Positions 46,342 through 58,600 of a DNA stretch of 64,000 bases are shown here, piece by piece; the stretch's first letter is position 1, and each line of letters begins with the position of its first letter. The notes under the pieces are model-generated. The model was given only the letters and a program-made list of their open reading frames with translations, searched no databases and had not been told where the DNA came from. The translations under genes and the position numbers were made by a program. Source of the stretch: an uncultured virus (IMG/VR IMGVR_UViG_3300020165_000001) (Duplodnaviria > Heunggongvirae > Uroviricota > Caudoviricetes); the IMG/VR virus record IMGVR_UViG_3300020165_000001, one strand, 5' to 3'.

Positions 46342-48498
46342 ATGTCAGGATACGAAAATATATTGAAAGCAATGGAGCAGTTAAAAGGAACTGGTATAAC
46401 TCCTAACTTTGCTAATAAAGGAAATAATCTTAGTAATATTAAAACTAGTGGAGTTAATCCTTATTCATCAAGAGCGTATACAGATTTTAGTTATAGAGAT
46501 TTAGCTAGCCAATCTCCAGAAATATTTGATGAAAGACAAGCTTATTCTGATTTAACAAGTGGTTTATCAGGTGAAGACAAATTAATGCTTAAAGGAACTA
46601 AGGGATTACAAGGATATTCACTGGGTAGTGAGTTAAGCCCTTATTTAAGTAAAGGACTAACTAATGTTACTAGTGCAATAACAGGAAGTCCAATGTCTAA
46701 CGCAGCTATGCAATCTTTTAATTTAGGTCCTGCTGCTGGGGTATATAGTGCATTTGGTACAGACAATAATCCTTATACTTTTACAAAGCAAGAAATGTAT
46801 GGAGGTACAGCATCTAACTTAATGGCTGCACATCAATTGTCAAAAGTACTGCCAGCAGCTAGTAAATTTGCTGGAGGAACAGCTATGAAATTAGGAGCAG
46901 GAGGTGTAAATCCTTATGTGGCATTAGCAGCATTAGCATTTTCTTTTTGGAATAATAAGAGAAGAAAGAAAAAAGCTAGAAGAGCAAATGAAAAAGTAGC
47001 TAGAGAAATAGGAGATGAGCAAACTAAACAATATGATGAAAGACAAGAGATAGTACAAGATTATAGAGACGAACAATTAGCAAGACATAACCAACAAATG
47101 CATATGGACACACAATCACAATACTCAAATCAATACGGAGGAAATTACAGCAATAGATATATGGCTGCTGAAGGAATGAAGTTTTCTCCACAAGAATTAA
47201 ATAAGATAGCTAAAGCTGGTAGAAATGGTGATACTATGCTAGCTCACATTAATCCACAAGAAGCTGCTTTGCTAAAATCTTTAGGTGGTAGTGGAACTAT
47301 AAATCCTCACACAGGATTAAATGAGTATGGTTATGGTAGTGCGCTGCAGTCATTTGGAAGTGCCGTAACAGGAGGTGTTGGAGATGTTTTAGGAGGTGTT
47401 GGGGATGTTATAAGTCCTATTGTTACTCCTATTTTTAACTCTGCTGGAAATGTTGTAGATACTGTAGGGAGCAATGTAGTAAACCCAATTGTTAATACAG
47501 CTGGAGGTATAGTTACAGATACTATTGATACAGCTATAAATACTGGTATAGATACGATTCAAACAGCTGGAGATGTTGCAAGCGATGCAATGACAACTGT
47601 CAGTCATGGAATAAACCCTATCTTAAAACCAGTTATGGATACAGCAATGGATATTACAAAACCTGTAATGGAAGGTATTCACAGTGTAGTAGAGCCGATA
47701 GCTGGAGCTACATTAGATGTATTTGGAAATGTGATTGAAGGCACGTTAGATGGTGTAAAAACTTTAGGGCATGATGTTTTAATACCATTAGTTGAAACAG
47801 TAGGAAAGCCAGTTGGAGATGCATTACAAGGGGGTATAGATTTTATAGAAGATTTATTTGGAGGAGGTGGTAGTGAGGGTGCGACTTTTGCAACACCTGA
47901 AAACTTTAAAGGCTATGATAGTAAAAGAGGAGCTATTACACAGGCTCCAGTAAGAGGTAGTGAGCAAGTAATGTCAAATATTAAAGGTTCTGCTCCTTCA
48001 ATTGCTGGAAATAAAGATAAAAAAACTTACATTCCAGGTGATTGGCAAGGATTTAAAGAGAGTGAATATTTAACAGAAAATGTTTTAGAAGAAACAGATT
48101 ACGCTGCACAAGGAATGAAGTATAAGTATTATGCAGGAGGAAAGGCAGAAGATATTGTTGCTGAGTTTACAGGTAATGAATTAATTGTTAATGATCAAGC
48201 TAAAGTAGAAAAAGCCTTAGAAGCTGGAAACTATAGAGCTGCTGCCGCTCCAATTAGAAGAGCAATGAATAATAAACAAATAACACCTGGACCTGAAACA
48301 CACTCTGGAAATCCAATGCCTGTAGATAAAGAAGGTAATATATATTCTCATGGTGGTAAGCTTAAATTTAAAGTTAAGAAAGGTGCTGGTGTATATGATC
48401 ATGCAACAGATCAGTTTAAACCAACAATGACTGATAGAGAGATAGCTATGACGGCTTACAATAATATGGAGAAGTGGAAATCAAACGGAATGGCATAA
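46342..48498 (+). CDS. Internal virion (ejection/cargo) protein
   Basis: TM-like segment plus coiled coil, GRNGDTMLAHINPQEA motif, amphipathic repeats; position after the muzzle gene. Confidence 0.6.
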   Translation: MSGYENILKAMEQLKGTGITPNFANKGNNLSNIKTSGVNPYSSRAYTDFSYRDLASQSPEIFDERQAYSDLTSGLSGEDKLMLKGTKGLQGYSLGSELSPYLSKGLTNVTSAITGSPMSNAAMQSFNLGPAAGVYSAFGTDNNPYTFTKQEMYGGTASNLMAAHQLSKVLPAASKFAGGTAMKLGAGGVNPYVALAALAFSFWNNKRRKKKARRANEKVAREIGDEQTKQYDERQEIVQDYRDEQLARHNQQMHMDTQSQYSNQYGGNYSNRYMAAEGMKFSPQELNKIAKAGRNGDTMLAHINPQEAALLKSLGGSGTINPHTGLNEYGYGSALQSFGSAVTGGVGDVLGGVGDVISPIVTPIFNSAGNVVDTVGSNVVNPIVNTAGGIVTDTIDTAINTGIDTIQTAGDVASDAMTTVSHGINPILKPVMDTAMDITKPVMEGIHSVVEPIAGATLDVFGNVIEGTLDGVKTLGHDVLIPLVETVGKPVGDALQGGIDFIEDLFGGGGSEGATFATPENFKGYDSKRGAITQAPVRGSEQVMSNIKGSAPSIAGNKDKKTYIPGDWQGFKESEYLTENVLEETDYAAQGMKYKYYAGGKAEDIVAEFTGNELIVNDQAKVEKALEAGNYRAAAAPIRRAMNNKQITPGPETHSGNPMPVDKEGNIYSHGGKLKFKVKKGAGVYDHATDQFKPTMTDREIAMTAYNNMEKWKSNGMA

Positions 48499-50459
48499 TG
48501 GCGTTACCAGGAAAAAACAAAATATCTATAAAAGAGGTTTATAATTATTTAATGACTAAACCTAATATGACCAAGAACAAAGCCTTGGGAATTATTGCTA
48601 ATATACAAGCTGAGTCAGCATTTTACTCTGATGCTGTTGAAATAGGCGATATAAAAAATAAAGGATTAGGTCTTTTTCAACATACATATAAAACTAGAAA
48701 AGATGCATTTGTAAAAGCAGTACCTGATTGGAAAACAAATTGGCAAGGACAAATAGATTTTGCCTTACAAGAGCAAGAAGCACAAAACTATTTAAACTCT
48801 AATTATAAAGATAAGGAGGCGGCTACAGAAGCTTTTATGAAAGAGTTTGAAAATCCAAAAGACCAGTCTAACAAAGCTATTCAAGGAAGAGTAGATTATT
48901 TAAATAAAATTTCTTTTGATGAAAAAACAGATGAAATAATTGTATTACAAAAAAATCCTACTAAAGAAGAGATAGAATTACAAGAAGAAGGTAAAAGTCC
49001 TTACAGGGAAAAGGAAGAAGAAGAGATGCCAGGCTTATTGCCAGAGGTTAAAGTAGAAGGAGAGTCTAAAGAGACAAGTAAAAAGAAATATAGAAAAGAT
49101 GTTTTAGATAGAATATCTGGTAGAGATGAATACTTAAAATACTTAGAAGATAATCAAGATGCTTTTAAAGAATTAAGTACTATAGAAAAAAACTTAAAGT
49201 CTTTTAGTAAAGGGACAAAAGAATATAATGATCTTGTAAGAAGAAAGAATGAATTAATAAAAGATCTTACAAAAAAAGAAAACATACTTAAAGAAGATTT
49301 GTATAAAAAAGAATTAAACAATTATGTTAATTCAGAAAACAATGCAAGAGAAGAATTAAGTAGACTACAAAATGAAGCTAAATCCTATATAGATGCAGGA
49401 GAAGAAGTTCCTTCAGATATAACTAATAATATAGCAAAAGCAAGAGATACAATATCCAAATCTGGTAATAGAGTAAAACTATTAGTTAAACAAGATTGGA
49501 ACGATTATGATATTAGTCCTGTACAGCAAGGATACAATCAAAATATTTTATTGCCTGATGGTACTATTGACATAGAAGAAAGTAAGACGACACCTATATT
49601 GCCAGACCCCTTAAGTGATGATAAGGAAGAGGATATTGTTTATAATGTTGTTGATGAAAATACTGATCAAACACAAATAATAGAAACTCCAGAAGCTAAA
49701 ATTATTACAGAAGATGTTGTAGAAGAAACAGTAGGAAGAGAAGATGCTGTAACAGAAACAGAAGACCCTACAATTGATCCTAACTATAGAATGAATCAAC
49801 TAGGTAATGCTGGTAAAGCATTATTTCAAGGTGCTGGTAAAGTGTTAGATTACGTTGGAGGTCCAGGAGGTATTATATCTTACGTGATGGGTAAGAAAGG
49901 ATTGAAAGAGGCTATGAAAGAAGTGAAGCCTCATGCAAGCGCACAACTATCACCTATGTTTATGCAGCATCTTAGACAAAGTAGAGAGATTGCTAAGAAA
50001 GGATTTCATCCTGATCAAGCTAGGGTGATTCAAAAAGAAATGGATGGTGCTTATCAAAAAGGATTAGAGAATGCGGTTAGAGGTTCTGGAGGACAAAGAG
50101 CAAGATTTTTAGCTTCCTCTGGTATATTAGACGCTCAAAGATCATCTGCACTATTAAATTATGCTGCTGAAGATTCTGAACTACAATCAAAGAATCAAGA
50201 GAAGTATGAAAAGCTTATGATGTTTAAAGAGAATTTTGATATACAACAAACAGAAAAAGAAAGAGCAGAGGATATGGAAAGACAGGTTGCTAATAAAAAA
50301 GCAGCAGCTACATTTACATCAGCTGCATTTACAAACCTTATGTCTGGATTTGGAGGAAGTGGCAGCTCTCTTTTAAACAGAAACAACACAAGCAATCTTT
50401 ACAATACAATAGAAGGATTAATGAGTAACCAGGGGAACACAGGAACAGATAACAAATAA
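48498..50459 (+). CDS. Ejection protein with N-terminal phage tail lysozyme domain
   Basis: ALGIIANIQAES...GLGLFQHT...WQGQIDFA...FMKEFENP; start re-assigned to the TAATG overlap at 48498. Confidence 0.75.
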   Translation: MALPGKNKISIKEVYNYLMTKPNMTKNKALGIIANIQAESAFYSDAVEIGDIKNKGLGLFQHTYKTRKDAFVKAVPDWKTNWQGQIDFALQEQEAQNYLNSNYKDKEAATEAFMKEFENPKDQSNKAIQGRVDYLNKISFDEKTDEIIVLQKNPTKEEIELQEEGKSPYREKEEEEMPGLLPEVKVEGESKETSKKKYRKDVLDRISGRDEYLKYLEDNQDAFKELSTIEKNLKSFSKGTKEYNDLVRRKNELIKDLTKKENILKEDLYKKELNNYVNSENNAREELSRLQNEAKSYIDAGEEVPSDITNNIAKARDTISKSGNRVKLLVKQDWNDYDISPVQQGYNQNILLPDGTIDIEESKTTPILPDPLSDDKEEDIVYNVVDENTDQTQIIETPEAKIITEDVVEETVGREDAVTETEDPTIDPNYRMNQLGNAGKALFQGAGKVLDYVGGPGGIISYVMGKKGLKEAMKEVKPHASAQLSPMFMQHLRQSREIAKKGFHPDQARVIQKEMDGAYQKGLENAVRGSGGQRARFLASSGILDAQRSSALLNYAAEDSELQSKNQEKYEKLMMFKENFDIQQTEKERAEDMERQVANKKAAATFTSAAFTNLMSGFGGSGSSLLNRNNTSNLYNTIEGLMSNQGNTGTDNK

Positions 50460-50461
50460 TT

Positions 50462-52480
50462 ATGGGAATAGATTATGGATTTTTTGATGCTTTAACAGGC
50501 CCAATGAAGGCAGCTGGAGATATCCAAGCAAATCGTGATGCTAGGGCAATGCAGCAAATGCAACAACAGCAACAAATTAAAAATCAACAATTACAAGAGC
50601 AAAACAGAGACCAAGCATATCAACAACAATTATCAGCAGCTACAGACCAAGCATTAAAAGATATATACACTGATAATGGATTTGCAAGACAAAAAGATGT
50701 AGATGATTTTAAAAATTGGCATACAGACTTATCTGGATGGAAATCTATACAGGGAGTTTTAAGGCAACATGGCTCTATAGACAATGCTAGGCTAAGTGGT
50801 AATTTAGATTATTTAATGGAAGAGTATAAAGCTAATTTAAAAGACAATCCAGTTTCTAGAAGAATTAAACAGAACAAAAATTCTTTAGAAAAATATCACG
50901 CTGCTGCTTTAGATCCAAAAAATCAACAATTTATTACATCAGGCCAAAGTGAAAGATACGAGCAGTTTATAAAAAATGAAACTGATAACTTTGTATTCCA
51001 CGGATTAAGATCAGATTATTTAGATCAAGCTAGTCAAGCATTAAGTATGTCAGACCAATTAGATTTAGATGAGGTAATAGGAAGTAATTATCAGGCTATT
51101 ATAAAGGATATGATTAATGATCAGAATCCTGATGATCCACAAGCATTTATGCAATCATTAAGTCAAGAGGACATTAGAACGTGGGTAGGTAAAGAATTAC
51201 GCTATGATGAAGGTTCTGGATTCTTTAATGATAAAGGTATATATGGTGTTAAAGAAATTGATACAGAGTTTGCTACAGAAATGGTTAGGTCATTAGATGC
51301 CGTAGGAAGCACTGGTATCGCTAAGGGTAGTGATTATTTTAGAAATAAAGATCAAGGTGTATCATTTAAAGAATTGTTTGACGGGACAGCTGCTATGGAT
51401 TGGGATAGATTAGGAGGTTATGACAAGAATAACGAAATGAAAAACTACAAAGGCATAAAAGCACCTTTTGCTAAAGGAAGACAAATGGTTGGTAGTGGTA
51501 GAGTATTCGCTAATAATCAAATGCTTGAAAACGCTATAACACAATCTTGGGCTGGTGATTATGGAGATGAAGCTAAATCATCTAGATATAATTCTAAATC
51601 ACGTCAAGTAAACGATATAGCTATGCAAGGCCTGTATGATTCAAGAGGACATAAAATAACAGATAGCGATATAGCATCTACTTGGTTAACAGGAGCAGGC
51701 TCATGGCAAGAATCAGAAACAGATGACTTAAGATTAACTGGATATCACATTGCTTTAGAAGGTAAAAATAAAGATGGTGATGCATTCTTACTTACAGACG
51801 TTTCTAATGAGGAAGATATGAATAAATTGAGAGAACAATACGCTAATACAGTATTTGATTACGTTGTAGTAGCAGAACTTATAGATGACGATATGGTAAG
51901 CCATGATGATGCTTACTATAAGAAGATAGATATGGGAGATCCTACAATTCAAGCAGCTTTAAATGAAAAGATAGATTCTACAGATTTAAATAGAGTCAAA
52001 ACTCAAATGGCAACATACGAGCAAAGTTTAGCGCAAAAAACATATAATAATAAAAGAAAAGCTTCAGGTAATGCTATATTACAAAAACAAATGAATTTAC
52101 CTTCTTCTCCTGCTGTAGATGAATTTATAGGAGCTTATGATCAATCTCTATCAATAGGATTAGGTATGGCTAATGTTCCTTCAGCAAAAATTCAAAAGGC
52201 TATTCCTTTGTTAATGTCAGATTTATATGTAGATTCGCAACAAGAAAGAGAATACCCTGTACAAATTGGAGATCAGATAGCAAGAAACTCTTCTGAATAT
52301 ATGGCTTTATCTACACAGGTTCTTAAAAAAGGATTGATTAATAAAAATCCTGGAGTGTTAGATATGCTAAAAGCAATACAAGAGGGTAACTATGACGTAT
52401 ACAGTCAAGGTTTAATGCCTGAAAATAGATACAAGCAAAGCAGAAAATTAAGTAAACAAATATCACAATACCAAAATTAA
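50462..52480 (+). CDS. Internal virion/cargo protein
   Basis: Gln-rich N-terminus; lies directly before the RNAP gene. Confidence 0.5.
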   Translation: MGIDYGFFDALTGPMKAAGDIQANRDARAMQQMQQQQQIKNQQLQEQNRDQAYQQQLSAATDQALKDIYTDNGFARQKDVDDFKNWHTDLSGWKSIQGVLRQHGSIDNARLSGNLDYLMEEYKANLKDNPVSRRIKQNKNSLEKYHAAALDPKNQQFITSGQSERYEQFIKNETDNFVFHGLRSDYLDQASQALSMSDQLDLDEVIGSNYQAIIKDMINDQNPDDPQAFMQSLSQEDIRTWVGKELRYDEGSGFFNDKGIYGVKEIDTEFATEMVRSLDAVGSTGIAKGSDYFRNKDQGVSFKELFDGTAAMDWDRLGGYDKNNEMKNYKGIKAPFAKGRQMVGSGRVFANNQMLENAITQSWAGDYGDEAKSSRYNSKSRQVNDIAMQGLYDSRGHKITDSDIASTWLTGAGSWQESETDDLRLTGYHIALEGKNKDGDAFLLTDVSNEEDMNKLREQYANTVFDYVVVAELIDDDMVSHDDAYYKKIDMGDPTIQAALNEKIDSTDLNRVKTQMATYEQSLAQKTYNNKRKASGNAILQKQMNLPSSPAVDEFIGAYDQSLSIGLGMANVPSAKIQKAIPLLMSDLYVDSQQEREYPVQIGDQIARNSSEYMALSTQVLKKGLINKNPGVLDMLKAIQEGNYDVYSQGLMPENRYKQSRKLSKQISQYQN

Positions 52481-52482
52481 TT

Positions 52483-52617
52483 ATGCCAGCAAGAGGATTA
52501 TACGCAAATATGAATGCTAGAAAAAAAGCAGGTACTTCTAGATCTAAAAAGAATACTACAATATCTAAAAAAGCATATTCTAATATGAAATCTGGATTTA
52601 AAAATAAAAAGAAGTAA
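52483..52617 (+). CDS. Small highly basic protein (44 aa, not in track)
   Basis: MPARGLYANMNARKKAGTSRSKKNTTISKKAYSNMKSGFKNKKK; its TAA overlaps the RNAP ATG. Confidence 0.65.
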   Translation: MPARGLYANMNARKKAGTSRSKKNTTISKKAYSNMKSGFKNKKK

Positions 52618-55600
52618 TGGCAGAAGACTATAGATCAGGTTTAAATATGCTGTTAGGTGATTTAGCTAAAAACGATGTCAACGTTCCTAGTCCAGAAGAA
52701 GCAATTAGTCAACAATATGACGCTCCTATGGAGGGGCCGTCAACACTTAGTTCTGTGATACAAGGACTAGATATCTCAGGACAACAAGATATAACTTTTG
52801 ATAGAATGGCTCAAGGACAAGCCGCTTCACAGTTAGGTGCTGATGAGTATGGTAAGTTAGATGAATTAAAGTATGGCTCTGCTCCTGATCAACAAATAGT
52901 AGATCCTAATGCTATGATAGGCTCTACTGGAGAAAGAGTAGGGAGAGGATTAAAAGCAGGTTGGGGTGATTTATTATATGGTACTGGTGAAACAGTAGAT
53001 TTTATTAATGCTTGGGCTAGACCAGGAGATGTAGAGCCTTCTACTTCTGTTGGTGAATGGTTTCAAAAGATAGGTACAGAATATCAAAATGAAAATGCTT
53101 TAATTCTTTCTGAAGATTTAAAAGACATTACCTTTCAAGATATGTTTAAGGGAGAGTTTTGGTCTTCTAAGATATCTAGACTAGTTCCTTATGCTATGTC
53201 ATTTGTTATACCTTACGGAGGAGGTGCTAAGGTAGGAGCTTCATTGTTAGGAAGATTTGGGGTATGGTCTGCTAAAGGTATATCTAAAGCTAATAAATTA
53301 GGGAAGGTAGGTATTCCTGTTGGGGCTATGGGTAAAGGTATAGGAATGGGTGGTAATGGAATAAAAGGATCTGGTATTTTAGGGAAGTTAGCATTTGATG
53401 GTGGTAAAAAAGGATATGCTCAAACAAAATTTATGCGTAATGCTGGAGGTTTTATTGGAGGGGGTGCTGCTGCGAATATGGCGGAAGGAGCATATCTTTC
53501 AGGAGAAGCATATTCTGAAATGTTACATGAGGTAGATGCTGATGGAAATAAACTATTTACCCCAGAAGAAGCGGCTAATCATGCAGCTGGCGTAATGTAT
53601 GATAATGCTAAATGGATGGGTGTAGATATGGTTCAATATGGATTACTATTTGGTGGTATAGGTAAAAATATGGCTAAAAGATTATTACTAAACCCTCTAA
53701 AATCAAATCCATTTAAAGCTAGTATAAAAGGGCTTACTGCTCATACCGTAAGAAAAGTATTACCTAATTTACCAGCAGCAGGAGCTTATGCAAGTGTTGA
53801 AGGTATAACAGAAGGTATACAAGAAACATATCAAGAGTGGATTAAATACGCTAACATACAAGAAGCTAAAGGTGAAGATTACGAATCTATGACTGATTGG
53901 GTTAAAGATGAGTACGGAAATTATAAGCCAGAAATTAGAGATTTATTCTGGTCTTCTGTAGGATTAGGAGGCGCTATGGGTGGTGCTAGAGGTTATTTTG
54001 ACTCAGCAGCAGCAAGGCATAAAGCTCTTAATGAGCATCAAGAGGCTATCAATACTAATGCTCAAATAATGGATGCGGCTAAAACACCTGATCAACAGTA
54101 TGTTGCGGAGCAAATGGTGCAAGATAATATTATATCACTTAATGTATGGAATTATAGAGGTGATGGATCTATTGTTATGGAGTATATTAACAATATGGTT
54201 AAGGATAAAAAGATGGATCAACAAACTGCTGATGAATACATTCAGGCGGTAGAGCAAGCAGAAAAGAATTACGAAAAGCATACAGTTAATAGTATGCTCA
54301 CTGAAGCTGGTGCAAAACAAGCATTTTTTAGAGAGACAAGAAAATCTAGAAACCAAGCACAACAAGCATTACAAATAGCCTCTTATGAAAATGATAAAGC
54401 TGTTACTATTGAGAACATTAAAGATGATAAAAAACAGAAAAAAGCTCTTGCTATATTAGAGCAAAATCATTTATCTATAATGGAAACATTAGAACAGGAT
54501 ATGGCTGTTTTAAATAGAGAGATAGAAGACATATACACTTTAAGGGTTGACGAGGCTCCTACAGCTAAATCTACAGGCAAGAGAGATGCTAGGTATAAAA
54601 CTCAAGGCCTTACTAAAGATGAGATAAATATATATTCACAAGAAGGAGCCAAGGAAGCTGAAGCAGAAGCTAAGAAGAAAGCAGATGCAGAACCTTCTAT
54701 AATATCTAAAGTTGTAGAAGGAGCTAAAGAATTAGGAGGTAAAGCTGTAGAGGGGGCTAAAAGCTTATTTGGTAAGGCTAAAGAAAAAGCTACATCAGAA
54801 GAAACTAAAAAAGCAGTAGAAGATATTAAAAAATATACTAAAGAAGAAATAACTCCTTCTGCTAAAGAAAAATTAGTTAAAGCTTTAGAAGCTGGTAAAA
54901 TAGGAGTGAAGGCTGCTTTAAAAATTATTGGTAGTGGAGTAAATAAAATCATTAACAATAAAGATGTAAAAGAAGCCATAGAAAAATTTAAACAGGCTAA
55001 GAAAGAAACAGTAGAAGCTGCTGAAGAAAAGAAACAAGAGTCTGACGAAGACGTAAAAAAAAAAGACCAAACCCAAGTAGTTCCTAAAACAGAAGAGTAT
55101 AGCAAGACAGAAGAAGCTCTTAAAAAGAAAGGAATACAGTTAGAAGCTGCAAGTATATCTAAAGTAGTAGATAAAGAAGGTAAGGCAAGTACTACTAGTT
55201 ATATGTTAAAAACAGCTACAGGTAAAGTTATTAAGTTTTTTACATCTAAACCTTTCGGAGCAGAAGCTCTAACAAACACACCACAAAATATAAAGTTAAA
55301 TTTAGTAGAGCCAGTAGCTGGTAAAGCTGATGTAGTTGAAGTAAATGGTAAGTTATACTTTCAGTATCAAAAAGGAGCTCCACTATATGAAAGTAAAATC
55401 CAAGTTATAGTAGGAGATAAAGTTATTGGTCAGTTAGAATACCAATCTTATAAAGAAGATACAGGTCCTACTAAAAAAGCTAAAAAGAAAGATGCTCGTA
55501 CTATAGATAAAGTAATAGGTTCTGTTAAGCAAACGAAAGAAAGTTTTAAAAAATTACTTGATAAGTCTTTTAAGAATATTCCTGCACAAGAGGATATATT

Positions 55601-58600
55601 AATTAATCGTAATTTAGAAGTATACACTCATTCAGGATTAGGGGCAGCAGCATTAACTAGAAGTATTGTACAAAAACAATTCCCAGGTGCGCGTGGGTAT
55701 GTAATATCATCTAAGCTAGCAGACGACTATGGGCAAGAAGCTACATCTTTAGCAATAGGCTCTGTTGTTTTAATTAATGAGAATCAAGTAGAACAAACTG
55801 ATTTAATACATGAATTAGGACATGTGTATTACGGCTTAATGGAAGATACTCCATTAATGAAAAGAATTAAAAAGCTTTTACCGAAATCATCTTTATATCA
55901 AAAAACTAGAGAAGAATATCCTGAGCTAACTTTAATGAGTTATAAGGGTAATAATCTGACTTTAGGTAGTATTTATAGAAATGTACTTAATAATAAACCA
56001 GACGCTACTAATGACGTTATAAGCATTGCAGAAAACATTGCAATAGCAGAAAGACAAGGAGATAGCGCAAGAAGTACAGAGTTATTTAATAACTTAAGAA
56101 TACAATTAAAAGCACAAGGAGTTAAAGATGTTAGAGTAGACCAACAAAGACATTTGCTTGAAGAAACGTTTACTAGAACACTAGAAGCCTATTCTAAAGG
56201 AACAGTTAATTCGGTTATAAAAGGATCAGAAGCTCAAGAATTATTAAAGAAAGATTTAATAGAGTTTTATAAAAAAACTAAGAAGCTAGCAACTGACGAA
56301 GAAGCTAAAAGACTTTTAGATTTATCTGTAGATAACATACAGTCATTAGACTTAGAGGCTTCTATTAAGCACATCTTACTAGATTTTAACTCTGGAGAGC
56401 GCACTATACCTGTAGTGCAAAACTCTGCTTATGGTGATATCAAAAGAGCTAATAAGAAAGCATTTTCATCTAGAGCAACATACTCAGCAGTATCATCTTA
56501 TATAGGAGATTTTATAGGCAGAAGCTTAACTCCTACTGTTATGACTAATAGAGTTATGAAAAGAATAGCAGAAGACTCTAGCTTAAAAGTTGCAGATGTT
56601 AAACAATTAAGAGAGTATGTAAAAGCTATTATAGTTCAGATTACTAGACCTGCAGATTTAAAGTTAGCTGACGAAACATTAGACAATCAGCTTTCTGATA
56701 TAGGATTAGATTTAAATGAAAAAGAAAACATGGATCAGGCTTCTGAGTCAGATCAATACAAAGAATCTAATAAAATAATTGCATTACCAACAACTACATC
56801 TAATTTTATAAAGAAGATTACTGAAGTATATAACTTTAAAAACCCTGACAATGTAATTAACAGGAAGAAGTTGTTGTATGATATGTATGTTATAGCTAAA
56901 AGCACACAGAACGATCCATTTGATTTTATTCCTACATTAAGAAAATCTGATAGTGCTGAGATTATGGCTATGTTAAGGGTATTAGATGGTGTTTATGGTA
57001 AAGACAAAGTTCTTACTAACGCTAAGCTAATGGAGCTTAAAGGCCCAATAGAAGGTATTAATATAGAGGTTCTAACTCAACAAGCATTAGAGATAGGATA
57101 TATGGGCGCTAGAAAGTGGAAAACTTATAAAACCATGAGTAAAACTTTAGAGGCTGGTGTTATAAATGATGTTATGAATAACCTTAAAGAAAACACAGCT
57201 AAAGGGAAAAGAATAGCAAAAATATATGATAACTTATTTTATGATTCTAAAGAAAATAAATTTAAAGAAGTTCTTGATGAGAACGATATAAACACAGCTG
57301 CTAAAAGAGTTTTGTCTGAAATTTTAGATGACACTAACAAGGGTGTTTTAATAGACAAGGACGCTTTATTAAATGCAAGGATATTATTTAAAGGCAAAAG
57401 ACAAACATTAAGTCAGATACTTTTTAATCATACTAGATTTAAAAATGGCAAGCCTAATTTAGAGAACCAATCTTTAATGGGTATAACTAAAGAAGGTAAG
57501 TTTGCTGCAAAAATAGGAAAGTATGAGGCTAAAGGATTAATATACGGCAAGCAGGGTGAGTTAAAAGTAATACTTACAGAAGGTCTTGTAGCTTCTAGAG
57601 CTATTAACTATTTATCTATGGTAGATAATGTAGAGGGAGATGGCATAAGTGTGTTTAATAAGGAGAATGGTTTGCATAATAGAGCTAAAAATGTAGCAAC
57701 TATTATAAACAACGAAACTATTATAGAGTCAGACAGTGTTATGCACCCTGATAATAATATTTATACTGATATGGCTTTTAGAAAAAAGCAAGCTGGAGTA
57801 TTAGCTAATAACGATGGTAAGGTGACAAATAATCCTTTTAACTTTACTATACACTCAGGAATGATGAGAACATTAGTTACAAGAGCTGATGGTGTTAAGT
57901 ATGAGGGTAGAGCATCAAAATTAAATAGCGTAACTCCTAGTGAGTTAATAGCAGGTGATTTCTTTAGCTTCTTATCTAAATACAATGAGTTAATGGCTGG
58001 TAACGAAGCTATGGGTATATACGATCAAGCTATTGCAGTATTTTCTGATAAAAGTAGAAGGTACTATGTAGAAAGTATTATAGCTCATAACGATAAAATG
58101 AAAAAGTTATTGCTTACTAAAGTAAAAAACAATCCTGCTTATAATGCTAAGTATTTAAAAGGAAGTAAAGTCTTTCCATATACTATAGAAAATGGTAAGA
58201 TTAAAGAAATGCCTGCTCTTATTAAAAAATGGAAAAGCTATGCAAATAAAAATGCAGAACTATTTAAAGGCAATACTGATTTAAAAGAGGTTAAAAATTT
58301 AGACGCTGCTTTAGACGCTTTCTTAACATCATATATTGCTAATAAGTTTATGGCTCAACAATTGTTTGTGCATGATCATAGACAATCTAAAGACCAAATA
58401 GACTATATTAAAAGAGCTGCTGGTTCAATAGCTAGCCATATTGTATTTGATAGAAATACACAAATAGAGCCTATTATTATTAAAGATTACTTTGTTGATG
58501 AGGAAGGTAATATAGGTACCGATGAAAAAGAAGACAGTGCTATTGAAAACGATGCAATGGGATATGTTCTTCCTGAGCAAGCTAAATACATTAGAGCTAA

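Noticed and set aside
1291..50395. Other short listed ORFs opposite to or nested in long genes (e.g. 1291, 4310, 4333, 4660, 9297, 10584, 10769, 13374, 14349, 18039, 18934, 20207, 23614, 27013, 32258, 45883)
   Set aside because: They overlap better-supported genes or regulatory hairpins and break the strand-coherent operon structure.
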